Source of the DNA: Vicugna vicugna
Lineage: Eukaryota
Length of the DNA stretch: 64,000 nt
Assembly: GCA_013265495.1 (NCBI GenBank)
Contig: MU061904.1
Location: forward strand, 5,084,001-5,148,000
Reading direction: 5' to 3'
In this document: positions 11,286 to 23,506 of the stretch, piece after piece
Layout of the letters: each line of letters opens with the position of its first letter
Numbering within the stretch: position 1 is the first letter of the stretch
Notes under the pieces: model-generated
What the model was told of the DNA's origin: nothing
The model's input: the letters and a program-made list of their open reading frames with translations, nothing else
The model's database searches: none
Made by a program: the position numbers and the translations under genes

Positions 11286-14200
11286 AAAGCAAATCAACAA
11301 AGAGAAATTTCACAGATATACAGGATGGTCCTAAGGAGCAAGTTCTCTTGCAGGCTCCCCACTGCTACCTGGTTGAGGAGAAAGGCCCCGCTCAGGTGTG
11401 GGAAGACCCGGGCTCTCTCCCTGGTTCTTCGGCTATTTCCCTTTGCCCCTCAAAGCAGATCGCCTCAACATTCTGAGCCACAGTTTCCTCACCTGTGTAA
11501 TAATCCCTACCATTGCCTGACTACAGGAGTGCTGGGAAAACCACGTGAGAGGGTGCATGTGGAAGAGCTCTGGAAACGGCCAAGCCCGGACGTGAGGAGA
11601 CTTCAAGTTCATTCCGACAACATTCCTGATGCTCCCCGGTCCTCCCAGCTCTCCTCAAGTGTCCTGTGCTGCAGTCAATCCAGATATGTTGTCATGGTGG
11701 CTGCTGTCATGCTGTCGGCCTGCCTTCGTGCACATCTGGCCTTTGCTCCTGCTGTGCCCTCCTCCTGAAATGCTCTTCTCCTCTATTTCCTTGGGTCAAA
11801 TCCCATCCATCCTTCATGGCTCGACCGGAATCCTACTTCCTCCAAGGGTGTTGCCCAACCCTCCCTAAGAAGAGTCAAGTCTCTCTCCTCTGCGCTCCTA
11901 CACCCACTTCATCTTCAACAATGGTCACTCTCCGACTTGCATTGTGGCTATTCCGGTGCAGTCTGTGTTCTCTGCTACAGCACTCGCCTGAGGGTGGGGT
12001 CCCTCTTGCCTCTCACCTGAGAGTTAGCCATCAGACTGATTTGCAATGAGTTGGAAAGGACCTCAAGAGGTAATCAATGTCTTTGGGGCCTGGAGGCAGA
12101 AGACGAGAGGCCAGGCTCCAGGGAGCAGGTCCATAAACATCTTTTGACAGAAAAGCCTGACTTCCAAGCCTAGCAGTTTTAGAGTATATTTACATGGGAG
12201 GCTTTTAAAATAGCAAAACTTTAGATTTATATCTCTGTGAACAGATGTGGAAGGAAAAATCAATTCCTCATAGGATTGGCTTATTTGTTTTTTTATCGCA
12301 GTGCTAAATATTATGTACCAAAGTGACAAATTAATACATAAATTGACCTAGAGACACATACTCCAACAACCCAGGACGAGAGTGGAGTGAGGACCTGCAG
12401 GACCTGCTCACGGCTGGATGTGGCAGATGCCTGCACGTGATGTGTCCATCAAGCTATAGAGTTTCCTAAAAGATGCTGGAGACCAAGACAACTCTAATCA
12501 AGACAACTCTAAAAAAGCCCAGCCTTTTCCCCAGGAGAGGGGAAACATTCACATCCTTTGTTTCAGGGGACACAGGGTATGGAAGGCTGGTGCCACCTTG
12601 CCATTGGCTCTGGCGCCTTTCCGGGGCTGTTAGAAGAGGTCAGGAGAAAGGCCTGGCAGCACCCTGGCCCCTTCCTACCCAGGCCCCTTCCAGGACAGAG
12701 AACACCACAGACTGGCCCAGAGAGCGGTGCCCTCTGGGGCTGGCGGGGCCCCAGAGCAGGTAACTTTGAGCAAACAGAGTGTGAGCACCACCTCCCTCCT
12801 GCAAGAGTCAGGCCCTGTCTTCCAAGGAGCACGTGAAAGGCCAGGGCAGGGCCAGACAAGGAAATGCATCTGCTCATCCCTCAGTCCAGCCATCCCACAG
12901 GTTCAGAGGGCCAGGGAGGGACCTGAAGGTGGTGCGGGGTGTGGGATCCACCAGGGAACACACAGCTGACTGCCCGTGGCCAGGCAGAAAGAGCAAGCCT
13001 ATTCTAAAAGAATTCCATAAACGTGGAAAAAAACTGAAAGTGATTGCTTTCCCCAGGAGAGGGGATTACACATAACCACAAAACTTCTGATGTGGTCCAG
13101 TTAACTGCAGTTGGTTCTTAGCTCTGGGGAGAGAGAGGACTACAGAGTATTTCCTATTCGCCTGGCAACCTCTCATTCAGTTTCTCTCCGTAATGGAAAC
13201 TGGATGTCCTTTGGGGGGACAATAGAAGAGGAACAACAGGAAGGGGGAGGATTTGCATAACCAGTAAGGAAGATGAGAACCTGCACCTGACAGATGGGCG
13301 TCCTTATCCCCTCAGACACAGGTTGAAGTCCCCAGTCACACGCCTGGGGAGCCTGGGGTCCCAGTGACAGAAACACTCATGACTCTGTCAGCTGGGAGAC
13401 AGGAAGAGAGCCCCATAAACACCATCTTGAAGAGGCTGTGAAGGTGCCAGGAAATTACAGGCTTGTGTGTTGAACACCTGCACCGGGTCATATGAGGGTT
13501 TTGCCTGGAAATGGAGAGGAGGTGCTTTAATTAATCAGCCCCGGCCTGAGAGAAAAGAAGAGGAGAGGCTGCTGCTGTGAGGAAAGGCAGGGAGCGGCCA
13601 GCGAGCACAGCACGGGTGTGATGCGAAGAGACCGCCCCCTGCTCCCTGAAGACACCTATTTGGTTAACACTGCTTATAAAGAAACAACCGTTAACACAGT
13701 CAGCCAAGGAGGGCAGCTGTGAGGGCTCCCTGGCTCCTTTTGGGGAGAATGGAACAGATTAGGAGAATCTGCTATAAAACAACAGCTTCTAAGGAACTGG
13801 TATGGATTCAGGGCAGATGAAGAACATTTTCATCTCTTGAGCATGATTCCAAAGTATTTATACGCATCTCAGAAGGTTGTATGTAAATCAAGACTTGAGT
13901 GTTCAAAGAATGCGGTTCCTTTTCTGCAGTCAAAGCCAGATGCTGGGAGACAGAAACAGCCAAGTGGACTCACTTTTCCCCTGGTGCTGAAAGTACAAAA
14001 GTAGTTTCTTTCCTAAGACTAAATACAGCTCTCTCTTTCAAAACTTCTTAGGAATCTGAGGCTGTGAGAAAAATAATCATTAAGAATGGATGCTTTCAGA
14101 TTTCAGTTGCTTTTGTGTTTTGAGGGCTTTTCAGTATCTGTCCTGTGGCTCCACACAGCCCCAGGAGGCTCCCTCCCCTCCGGCAGGGACCCTCCTCTTC

Positions 14201-15454
14201 CCCAGTCACTCGGAATGGACAGGAATCATACCCTCTCGGGTCTTTCCCATCACTTGGGGCACTGGAGAAGCTCCCTGCATTTCAAGGATGTGGAGTCTGC
14301 GTGCAGATGTCAGAATACTCTCACTGAAGTTGTTAAGGTCCTCGAAGGAGACATAAAGAGGAAGCAAGAGAAAACATGTTCATGATTTGTTTTCACATCA
14401 AAGCAGTTGGAGAAAGAGGACAAGAGGAGAAAAGGAGGTGTGTGGAGGAGGGAAGGTACTCCGTGGACGCCGTGTGCTGCCCAGGCTCCCCCTCAGGCCC
14501 GTGGCTCTCCTCCCAGTATTGGCTGCAATGCTCACATCTGCCCAGCCCCTTGGCCCCTCGGCTCAGGTGGGGCGGCCTGCAGGGCCACCCCTGCTCCACA
14601 GCTCCTATGGGGTGGCTGGGGCCTTTGCTGCCACTGCGTCGCCAACCCTGCCTCCTCCACTCCCCTGCAGGTGCTGCTCCCGAGAGCTCATCCCAGGACA
14701 CCTGCACTCAGAGCTCCAGCTCAGTCTGTTTTCAGAGAATCTGACCTAAGATCAGGGAGGGAGCAACACGTTCAGTGTTTTTAATGCGTGGAAAGCTTTT
14801 TATCAAATACAGAAAAAGCTCATAGGTCAAAGTCTCTCCAGCCCCGGATAACCCTTGGTGGATTCCTTATCCATTCAGTATGAGGCATGTTTTTGGATGT
14901 ATGCTGGAGGTCCTAACTCTCCCCCAAGTGCTGTCCTGTGATATGTTTTTATATCTAAAGCAGGATCATTTTTTAAAACCTTAAAAAAAAAACCCTGGAG
15001 ATTCTATTAGACACCTAGGATTAAGTCACTGAGTCACTTTAACTGCAAGTGGCTTTTTGGCTCTTATTTTTCACACTTTTGCTCCTTTTTACCTTTTGCT
15101 GAAGTGTGTTCTGTAAGATAACATCTTAGTTACTTTTCCTCCTTTTTGCATGTGGAGAAGGAAGCCACCCGACAGGCCAGGGCCAGACCTCGTGTCTTCT
15201 CCCTTGGAGCCTAGAGCTAATTCCTCCAGCTCCTTCCTGTTAGCAAGGCACCTGCTGGTGTAGAATGTTCCAGAAAGCCCAGAAGGAGCATGTTAAATGA
15301 ACCTACGAATTTCCTTCAAAATTCCTGAATTTTAAATGTACATTTGTCTGCATGCTATACAAATGCTGTCATTTGCCTGACAGTGTCTCTTCTACGCATG
15401 CTTTACTTTTTAAAACAAAATTTTTTTAAGCCAGCATTTTAATTCATTCGGGTT

Positions 15455-15587
15455 TTTTCTGTTTGTTTTTGGTGTGTGTGGGAGGAGGTAATTAGATTTA
15501 CTTATTTTTAAAGGAGGTACTGAGGATTGAACCCAGAATCTTGTGCATGCTAAACACACACTCTACTGCTTGAGCTATACCCTCCCC
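15455..15587 (-). mobile_element. Camelid tRNA-derived SINE (Vic-1-like)
   Basis: Reverse complement begins GGGGAGGGTATAGCTCAAG..., has a B box (GGTTCAATCC) and a ...TAATTACCTCC tail. Confidence 0.85.
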
Positions 15588-15747
15588 TCTGTGTTTTCCT
15601 TTCCATCCAGATAACAAAACTCCTCAAATTAACGAGTCAGAGAAACATGGACGCACTATTTTCTGTGCACAATTATGAATTTTGGAGGTTTATGCCATTA
15701 GATTCTGGCTTTAAAAAAAAATCCAAAATTGCCTTGCAAAATTCATC

Positions 15748-15950
15748 AGAGCACAGACTGGAACCATTCAGCGTGGGTTCAAATCCCAGCTCTATCACTT
15801 ACTAGCTGGGAAAACTTGGGTGAAATATTTAGCTGCTCTGGGCCTCAGTTTCCTCATCTGTGAAATGGAGATTATATCAGACCTCACAGGCTTGGTATAA
15901 AGGTTGCAAAAGTCAATTCATCTCACGTGTTTAGACCAGTGCCTGGCACA
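15748..15950 (+). mobile_element. MIR SINE
   Basis: gggttcaaatcccagctctatcacttactagctg...gggcctcagtttcctcatctgtgaaatggag...agtgcctggcaca. Confidence 0.85.
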
Positions 15951-16750
15951 TCTTATGATTGCAAAAAACTTATACTTTTAATTCAATAAAAGACTTTAAA
16001 ATTTTTTTTAAAAAAGCAAGTAGCATGGTGTTTTTAAGTCACAGACCTCACTGCGAGCAATGCTGAGCACACAGATCTTTGAGTCTTTCTTCAGAAACCC
16101 TGGCAGTTATTTATAAACATTTGGCTAACAACACAGCTCTTTCTCCCAAATTGTAATGACAGAAGAAACATCCAACTAGACTCACCAGGCTGTAAACTGC
16201 TGTATGTTTCAACTCCTCCTGCTTATTAGTCACCGCATCAAGGTTGCGTCTGAATCCCCCAGCTTTGCCTCCATACCATCTTTCACACGACTTGTTTTAC
16301 TTCCAGTCTAGTGGTCTTCTCTCTCACTCCAGCACCCACTTCAGCCTTGCTGGGTGTAGAGCAATAGCCTCCTTGCTGACCGGCTCACTTCCATTCCTGT
16401 ATCCACCCAGAACCATCAGCGGTTCCCCACCGTCCTTCCATCATGTTCGCAACACGGCCCCTGCCTGACACACCCTCCTTCCCCATCACTAGTCTACACT
16501 TACTAGTCAAACAGGCTTACTTGCTGTTCATTCCTTCTTGTTGAGGTGTCAAAAAGCCAGACTCTGCTTTCAATAAGCTGGCTATAGAGTGAGCAGACAG
16601 ACACATGTTATTAATTCCTAGGATGAAAATTGCTAAATTCAGTTGCAACCAAGAAGCAGGAGGAGCAATGAATCCTACCTAGGGGTGGGGTGGAGGTCAT
16701 GGAAGTCCTCACTGAGGGTTAAAAACGGATCAGGTGCTGTAGGGAGAACG

Positions 16751-17420
16751 TTTCTTTACAGCTTCATTGAGGTATAACTGAAGTACAAGAAGCTACGCAC
16801 GTTCAATGTGTACAATTCGGCATTTTTAGACACTTGTGAAACCATCACCACAATTAAGAGAATGAACACATCTGCCACCCCCTAAAGTTTCCTCCTGCTC
16901 CTCTGCAATCTCTTTCTCTTGCCTGCTCCCCGCCCCCCGGCCCCAGGCAACCACAGATCTGTTGTCATTGTAGGTTAGTTTGCATTTTCTAGAATTTTGT
17001 ATATAAATGGAACTATACATTATGCACTCTTTTGTCTGGCTTCTTTCACTCCGCATAATTATTCTGAGATCCATCCATGTCCATCCATGTCTGTTCATCA
17101 ACAGTTTGTTTCATTTTGCTGCTGATCAGTATTCTATAGAATGGGTGTACCACAGTTAATCCACCCAGCTGTAGGTGGACACCTGAGTGGTTTCCAGTTG
17201 TTGGCTATTACAAACAAAGTTTCTATGAACCTTCAGTGGGTAAGTCTTTGCAGGCACAATGTTTTTGTTTCTCTTGGGTAAACGTCTCTTGGGTAAATGT
17301 CTAGGGTCATATAGAAGGTATATTTTCAACTTTTAAGAAATCGTCCAGCTGTTTTCCAGAATGGTTGTACCATTTTACATCTGCCTCTAGCAGTGTATGA
17401 AAATTCCAGTTATTCTATAT
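16751..17420 (-). mobile_element. Old L1 (L1MB/MC-like) 3' end
   Basis: cagcttcattgaggtataact...accatcaccacaattaag...tataaatggaactatacattatgcac...ccagttgttggctattacaaacaaag. Confidence 0.8.
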
Positions 17421-19985
17421 GGGAAAGTTTTCCTTGATAAGGGAACAATGTAAGGATGCAAATATGTGTGACGTTCAGGGAACATCACATAGTCCTAACA
17501 GCAGAAGAAACTGAGCAAGTTGAGTGATAGGATGGGCAAAAAGGCAGGTCAGCTCATGGCATGGCTTGGTACCTGGAGTAGATGTTCCAGGAGATGCAAA
17601 TTCACTGAAGGCTCTTGTAGAGGGGTTTACACGGTCTGGTCTCTGTCTCTGAATGTTCCATGTAGTTTCTCATTTTCATACTGGTCTTTCCCTCACACTG
17701 TTCATTTCCTTGGAATATATACATCTATTGTCTTGGCACCATCTATGGAAAGGCCAAGAATGCAACAGAAATGCTACCTTGTGTTCAAGTCCATCCCCCA
17801 CACTGAGCTTCTTTAACCATTGTACTTCACCCATGGCCCAGAGTCACATTCACATGATAGGTGAGCCCCCTATTCACCTGAAGTCTCCTTGACAGAAGAC
17901 AGTGGGGCTTGTTCATGCGACATTACCCTCAAGACCAGCCCCTTTTACAAGACGTATCTTTAGACACTTCTCTTTTGGTCTTATTTTTATGCAAAGTCCA
18001 AACTAAAATAACATTTTAAATCAACAAAGGTATAAATCTTGTTGCTTATTTTGCCGAGACCAAAATGAGAGTATGTGGACTGATTCCAAGGAGGAAAAAA
18101 AATTACCTTTTCTCTCTCCCAGCTTCAGTTGGCTTAACCATCTAGTCCCTGATCCTTTGCTCTTTTATGCTCACCAGGTCTCCCTCACTCAAGTGTGGCA
18201 AATGATGTAATAAGTAAAAGAGCAACAATTTTTCTCAGAAAATGGTTATGTGCTTATGCAAGTTCAATGGCTCAAAACGTCTAAGGAAACCATTTAGTGA
18301 GCCTAGAGCAAGCTAGCAGAACTGGGCCCCCAGCAGCTCTGCAAAACTATGGAGAGCCGAGAGGTACCCACCATGGAGACGAATATTTTTTGGAGGCACT
18401 GTTGGATGCCAGGTGCCCATTGAACGCTCAGGGAGCCTCAGTACTCATGCCCCTCTCCTCTGTGTTGACACAGAGCAACATAATCAGCAACAGTGGAGAG
18501 TTCCCAGGAAATGGTATGTGTGTGGCTTTAAAACAGTCTGATCCGTGATCTCTGCTAGATTCACACCTTTCCCATCTCTTTCCCAAGTTTCCCAGAGGAC
18601 ATTCAAGTCATCAGAAAACATCGACCGTAACTGTTATTCTCTCAAAACCTACCATGACATCCAGGAGTTTAGACTATGCAATCTGCCTTCAATAATTTTA
18701 GCAACTGGATGGGAACATGAATAAAACGTGCGTGTTTTATTTGGGGGCCTGCAGTTCTGTTTGCTATAATGTGTTTCGCTTCCTCTGTACTCACCCAGAC
18801 AGGCAGTTGCTTCCCGATTTGAGCTTCAGTCCAGGAGGACGTTTTCCAGAGGATGCTGTCCTTTACTTTGGTGTGCCTATATGCCGAGGGAAGTGCCAAA
18901 ACACTTGGGCCAGGGGCTCAGTTACTTTATTTTTTAAACTGCTCTGGAAAGTTCTAAGGCTTTGGCATGGATTCAGTATCAGGAGCACACCACAGGCCAC
19001 TGCCACGATGTGCATTCTAGAGCACGTTTTCTCCTGGTGGAGAGCACCCTGGACTGCGGCGGAATATCTTCTGGGTTCTTCCCTGGACACCTCGCCTGGG
19101 CTATGGCTTGGCCACCTCTGATGAGGGTGACAGAGGATGAGAGGGGAGCAAGACAACTGGAACAGACAGAGGGAAGGACGCTTATAGATTTAGCTGCAGG
19201 CAGGCAGGAGGAGTCTAGATGGGAAGACCAGTAGCGACACTTTTTCACTATCTAGAAGCTGTATGAGCATTCAATACACGACCCCATCTGTTTTGTTAAA
19301 TCGACAGTTTCCTTTAGCAGGAAATAAAGGTTCATACTGAGTTTCAGACCAGCTACACAGAGTAAGAAATAGCTTCACTTTTAAAGGCGTTCAGTATGTA
19401 ACCCAATTCCATTTGATGGGGTTTGTTTTCCCTTCTCCGTTTGCTGCCTAGAAACGTGTGCTTCATTATCTCCTGCAGAGTCGGGGCTGGGAGTGGACAG
19501 CTGGAGACTCAGAGCTCTCTGGGCCGCAAAAGCACTTAAAAAATAAAACGATACTAAGTAAAATCAAAACAGATCACAAGAGCAGCCATCCCAGTGGATT
19601 TTCCGTCTCGAATGCCTCACACCACCAGCTGTAACCCTTAAGGGGAACTGACTGGACCCCTCCAGCTCCCGCTTCACAAACTCAAGAGGACCAAACTGCA
19701 AGCAGCAAAGGACAACACGTTAGCACAAACTCAGACATGGGTCGAGTGTATCCAAGAGGAGAGTGGCTTTCGCTTGAGAGGAAAGTTTGCGTCCACTAGA
19801 CTCCTTTTGGATGCAACAGATACACTTTGAGTTTTTAAAGATTCAGTCCTTCCAAAGTGTTCTAATATGAAGACAGGCCTTTCTCTTGAAAAAAAAAAAA
19901 AGAAAGAATTATAATGGAATATGATTGCCTGGAATAAAAAGCATCACTTTAGAATTGTCTTCTTAAATATTGATATGAGGGAAAG

Positions 19986-20005
19986 CACACACACACACAC
20001 ACACA
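19986..20005. repeat. (CA)10 microsatellite just downstream of the DNAH8 poly(A) signal
   Basis: Read directly. Confidence 0.95.
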
Positions 20006-20027
20006 AGCAACTGCAGGACATCAACTG

Positions 20028-20033
20028 TTTAAT
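20028..20033 (-). terminator. DNAH8: Putative DNAH8 polyadenylation signal ATTAAA
   Basis: tttaat on + = ATTAAA on -; 112 nt after the stop codon, followed by a TG-rich element. Confidence 0.65.
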
Positions 20034-20145
20034 TTAGAAAGAGTAATCAAGCAATTGTCAGGGAGAAAAGACACCCATCGCCGAGTCTCTTAACAGCACC
20101 GGCTGCCCACCTGGCTCCTGGCGCCCTTGGCAAGTGGAAATGAAC

Positions 20146-20433
20146 TTACTTGATGTCACACAGAAGGGCCACACCTCTCAGGATCCAGTGATCTGGGGAC
20201 AGGACAGTTCGCAGATAGACCACGGTGATGAAGGTCAAGTCCGTTCGCCTGGGTTTCTTGTAAATAGGGCACACGTACAGCTTGGGGTCCTTGGGCGCCG
20301 TGGAGTTAATGGCAAAGACGTGCAGCACGGGCAGCTGTGTGAAGAGTACCTTGGGGGTGGATTCTGTGAGCTTCCCGTTCCGTCTGTCCCAGGCTGCTCC
20401 GTCCATGTAGAGCCCGTAAATATACACGCCTTC
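20146..20433 (-). CDS. DNAH8: DNAH8 terminal coding exon ([15 protein letters not shown]...[14 protein letters not shown])
   Basis: 288 nt; acceptor cttccag|GAA; TAA at 20148-20146; C-terminus recognised as DNAH8. Confidence 0.97.
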   Translation of the reverse strand, partial: EGVYIYGLYMDGAAWDRRNGKLTESTPKVLFTQLPVLHVFAINSTAPKDPKLYVCPIYKKPRRTDLTFITVVYLRTVLSPDHWILRGVALLCDIK

Positions 20434-21882
20434 CTGGAAGAGTCAGGCATTAAAGTAACAGGAAATTTTAAAAAACGTAGATGCTGTGAGATGGGCATCC
20501 ATAGTTTGGAAAGAAAACATATACCAATCTTAAAACGCTACACCCCTTGGCACATTCCGTTAGCAAAATGCTGAGTCCAGTGTTCCCCTGTGGCATAGCT
20601 TGAGGCCGTGAGCTCCTATTAGTGGTAACTTGAGCCTGGAGGTGGCCTGCCTGGGGCTACAGACTTAGCCAGCAGCACCAAATCATCTCTGCAGGGAGAC
20701 GAAAGTCTCCAACAGGTATGGTCTGGGTCGGTGAAGGGTGGGAGCCCGGAGCAGAACTGGGTGCCATGCAGGATTTCAGCCTGCGCTGGACAAGCCAACA
20801 TGAGGCTCTAACTTTATCTCAGTCAAAAGAACCAGTGAGATTTGTGCGGCCAGGTCTGGCGAGCAGGAGTCTGAGCGCCCCCAGGGTGGGTGCGGCAGAG
20901 CGCAGGAGCGGGTGTGATGGGCAGCGGATGGGTGGAGGGGGACGATGGTTGGACAGACTGGTCCAACAGTGGCTGACCTCATCCTGTGTCTCTCTTTCAC
21001 ACAGCAGGAGCTGCCCTCAAGGTCCTTACCATTAAATCAGGAGACAGGACACACACACACACACAGAACAAGATGTAAAAGACAGGGCTTGAGTACCAGC
21101 ACACACTTGTTAGAGGGGCTGCCGGATGAACAGCACCAGCGGAGGCTGAGTGCAGTGACTTGAGGTGAGAGTCACGTGGGCTGGAGTGCTCGGGGGTCTT
21201 GGTGGAGAAGACGGCCTTGAATCGGGGCCTTGAAGGGTGGCTGTGTTTGGAAAAATGGAGGAGAGAGGGTGGGCATCCCAGGCAGAAGCAATACTACAAA
21301 GAAAGGCAGGATGGGGATGGGCAGGAAAGCTTGAGCATTTTATTTAGCAGAGGGTTCAATGGTTATAGAGTAAGTGAGGGCTCAACCCTGGAAGAGACTA
21401 GACGCCAGACTGAAGAGCTTGAACTTTATCTCGTGGGCAGCAGGGAGCCGTAGAACATGTATTCAGTAAGAAAAAAGTCTGAAGGGAATCATGGCGGAGA
21501 CTCCAATGATCATGTAAGCTCGTAAGATATACTTATATAGGAGACAGTGACCATTTTTCCATTTCCAGTGAGGATCAGCTAAGAGGAAGAAAATGTAGAT
21601 TATAATAGAAGAGAGGGAGATTAGCGGCACAGTGTTTTCCGTCACCCCGTTGTGGCCCAACAGTACAAGAACCGTACTTTTTGAACCCAAACCTGAAGTA
21701 CATGATTTGACAGTAAAATCAGGGGCAATCCCAGAAATCAGGTCCTACGATCACCATCGTTATGTCAGAAGGTAACAACTATTACACAAACAGTGCAACT
21801 ACTCAGGCATCCTCCGACAATAAACTGGATCCCTCCTGGGCTCCTTTCAATCTCAGAACTTTACAAAGCCATAGTTAGAAGG

Positions 21883-22680
21883 TGTAGTGGATTAAACAGT
21901 GTCTCGCAAAGACTCATGTCCACCTGCAGCCTCGGCACGCGACTATTTGGAAGTGGAACCTTTGCAGATGTAATTAAGGTCACAGAGGATTAGGGTGGGC
22001 CCTGACATCCAATATGACTGCTGTCCTTACAAGAAGAGGAGAGGCCACAAAGAGACACACATAGGGAAGGAGGCCACGTGACGAGGGAGGCGGAGACTGG
22101 AGGGCTGCAGTTACAAGTCAGGGAACTCCGAGGACTGTCAGCAACCACCAGGAGCTGAGAGAGAGGCATGGGATAGGTTCTCCCTCAGGGCCTTTAGAAG
22201 AAACCAACCTTGCCGATGCCTTGATTCTGGACTTCTGGCCTCCTGAACTTTGAGAAAATAAATTTCTGTTGTTTTAGGTTACCCAGCTTGTGGTACTTTG
22301 TTACAGCAGCCTTAGGAGACGAATACAGATCTTGGTACTGGGAAATGGGAAGCTGCTGTAATAAATGCCTGAAAACATGGAAGTGACTTTGGAATTGCAT
22401 GATGGGAAAAAGCCGGAAGAATTTTGAGGGGCATGATTGAAAGAGCCTGGATTGCCTTAAATCTAAAGATGTTGGTGAAAATATGAATTTTTTTAAAAAG
22501 TGGGATTTCTGGGGATTGAACCTGAGACCTCATACATGCCAAGCACACCGTCTACCACTGAGTCATTACCCTCCCCTGAAACACAGAGATGCTTCTGGTG
22601 TGATCTCAGACAGAAATAAGGACCATGGGATTGGAAACTGGAAGAAAGGCAGTTCTTGTTACAAAGTGGCAGGAAGGGCC
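21883..22680 (+). mobile_element. MaLR LTR (MLT1B/C-like, 21883-22327) with adjoining MLT1 internal sequence
   Basis: LTR runs tgtagtggattaaac...gacgaataca, followed directly by the gatcttggtactggg internal start and gaagtgactttggaattg. Confidence 0.85.
22488..22576 (-). mobile_element. Camelid tRNA-derived SINE inserted in MLT1-int
   Basis: ctggggattgaacctgagacctcatacatgccaagcac...ctaccactgagtcattaccctcccc. Confidence 0.85.
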
Positions 22681-23384
22681 AGACCTGGGAAACTGTCTGG
22701 TCCAACTCCCTGCTTTGACAATTGAGGGAATGAAAATCAAAGAAAGAGAAAAGGGGACTAAGATGTTTTGGGCATCTATGTCGGGTCCACCAAGGCCAAA
22801 TGATCCCACTGAATTCTCACAGACATCTTTACTGAGGTTGAATTACCATCCACATTTTACAGATGAAGAGGTTGAGGCCCAAAAGTTAAAGAACTAGCCT
22901 GAGTTCAGAGGGCAGCTAAGTGCCCACCCAGTGGCTCCCAGTGGTGTTTGCCTATCTCAGCGCACCGGCCCTTCCCCCAGCCAGGCATCCGTCCCCCCTT
23001 CCCCGGGGTCCCGCAGCTGGTGGGGACACTGCTGGAACTGGCCTCAGAGCTCAGGATTGCTAGTCCTGTTAGTGTCTCCTGCCCTGGACACTTGTCGGTT
23101 CTGTGAATACCCCGGAGACCTGAGGAAAACCCTTTTGAGCAAACACAAGGATAACTTGTAACTACAAAGACATGCAGTCTGGGGAGTTCTCAGTGCTTGT
23201 CATTCATTCCCACTCTGGCAAATGGAAGAGGCTTTGGCACTGAGGTCTCCTGGTTACAACCGAGGACACCCTCGCTGCAAAGCCAGAGGACTTAACGGAG
23301 ACCCTCATAGGTCAGTGTTCAGCGGGACCTGAACTTTGAGCCCCCGCTCCAGAGCGGTGCCTGCTCTGGCCCAGCGGCACGTAC

Positions 23385-23506
23385 CGCAGGGGGCGACGTG
23401 ATCTCCTCCTTGGTCTGCCGCAGAACCTCGTTGTGGATGGTCACGGTGTCCAGGGCCCAGCCTTTGTGGGCGCGGGTCACTTCTTGCCTCATTGCTGTGA
23501 GGAAGC
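23385..23506 (-). CDS. DNAH8: DNAH8 penultimate coding exon ((G)[40 protein letters not shown])
   Basis: 122 nt; ttttaag|GC acceptor (phase 1) and GCG|gtacgt donor (phase 0); frame fits both neighbours. Confidence 0.96.

Noticed and set aside
12484-12512. 15-bp-period duplication caagacaactctaa(t) x2
   Set aside because: Ordinary slippage-size event with no motif or context
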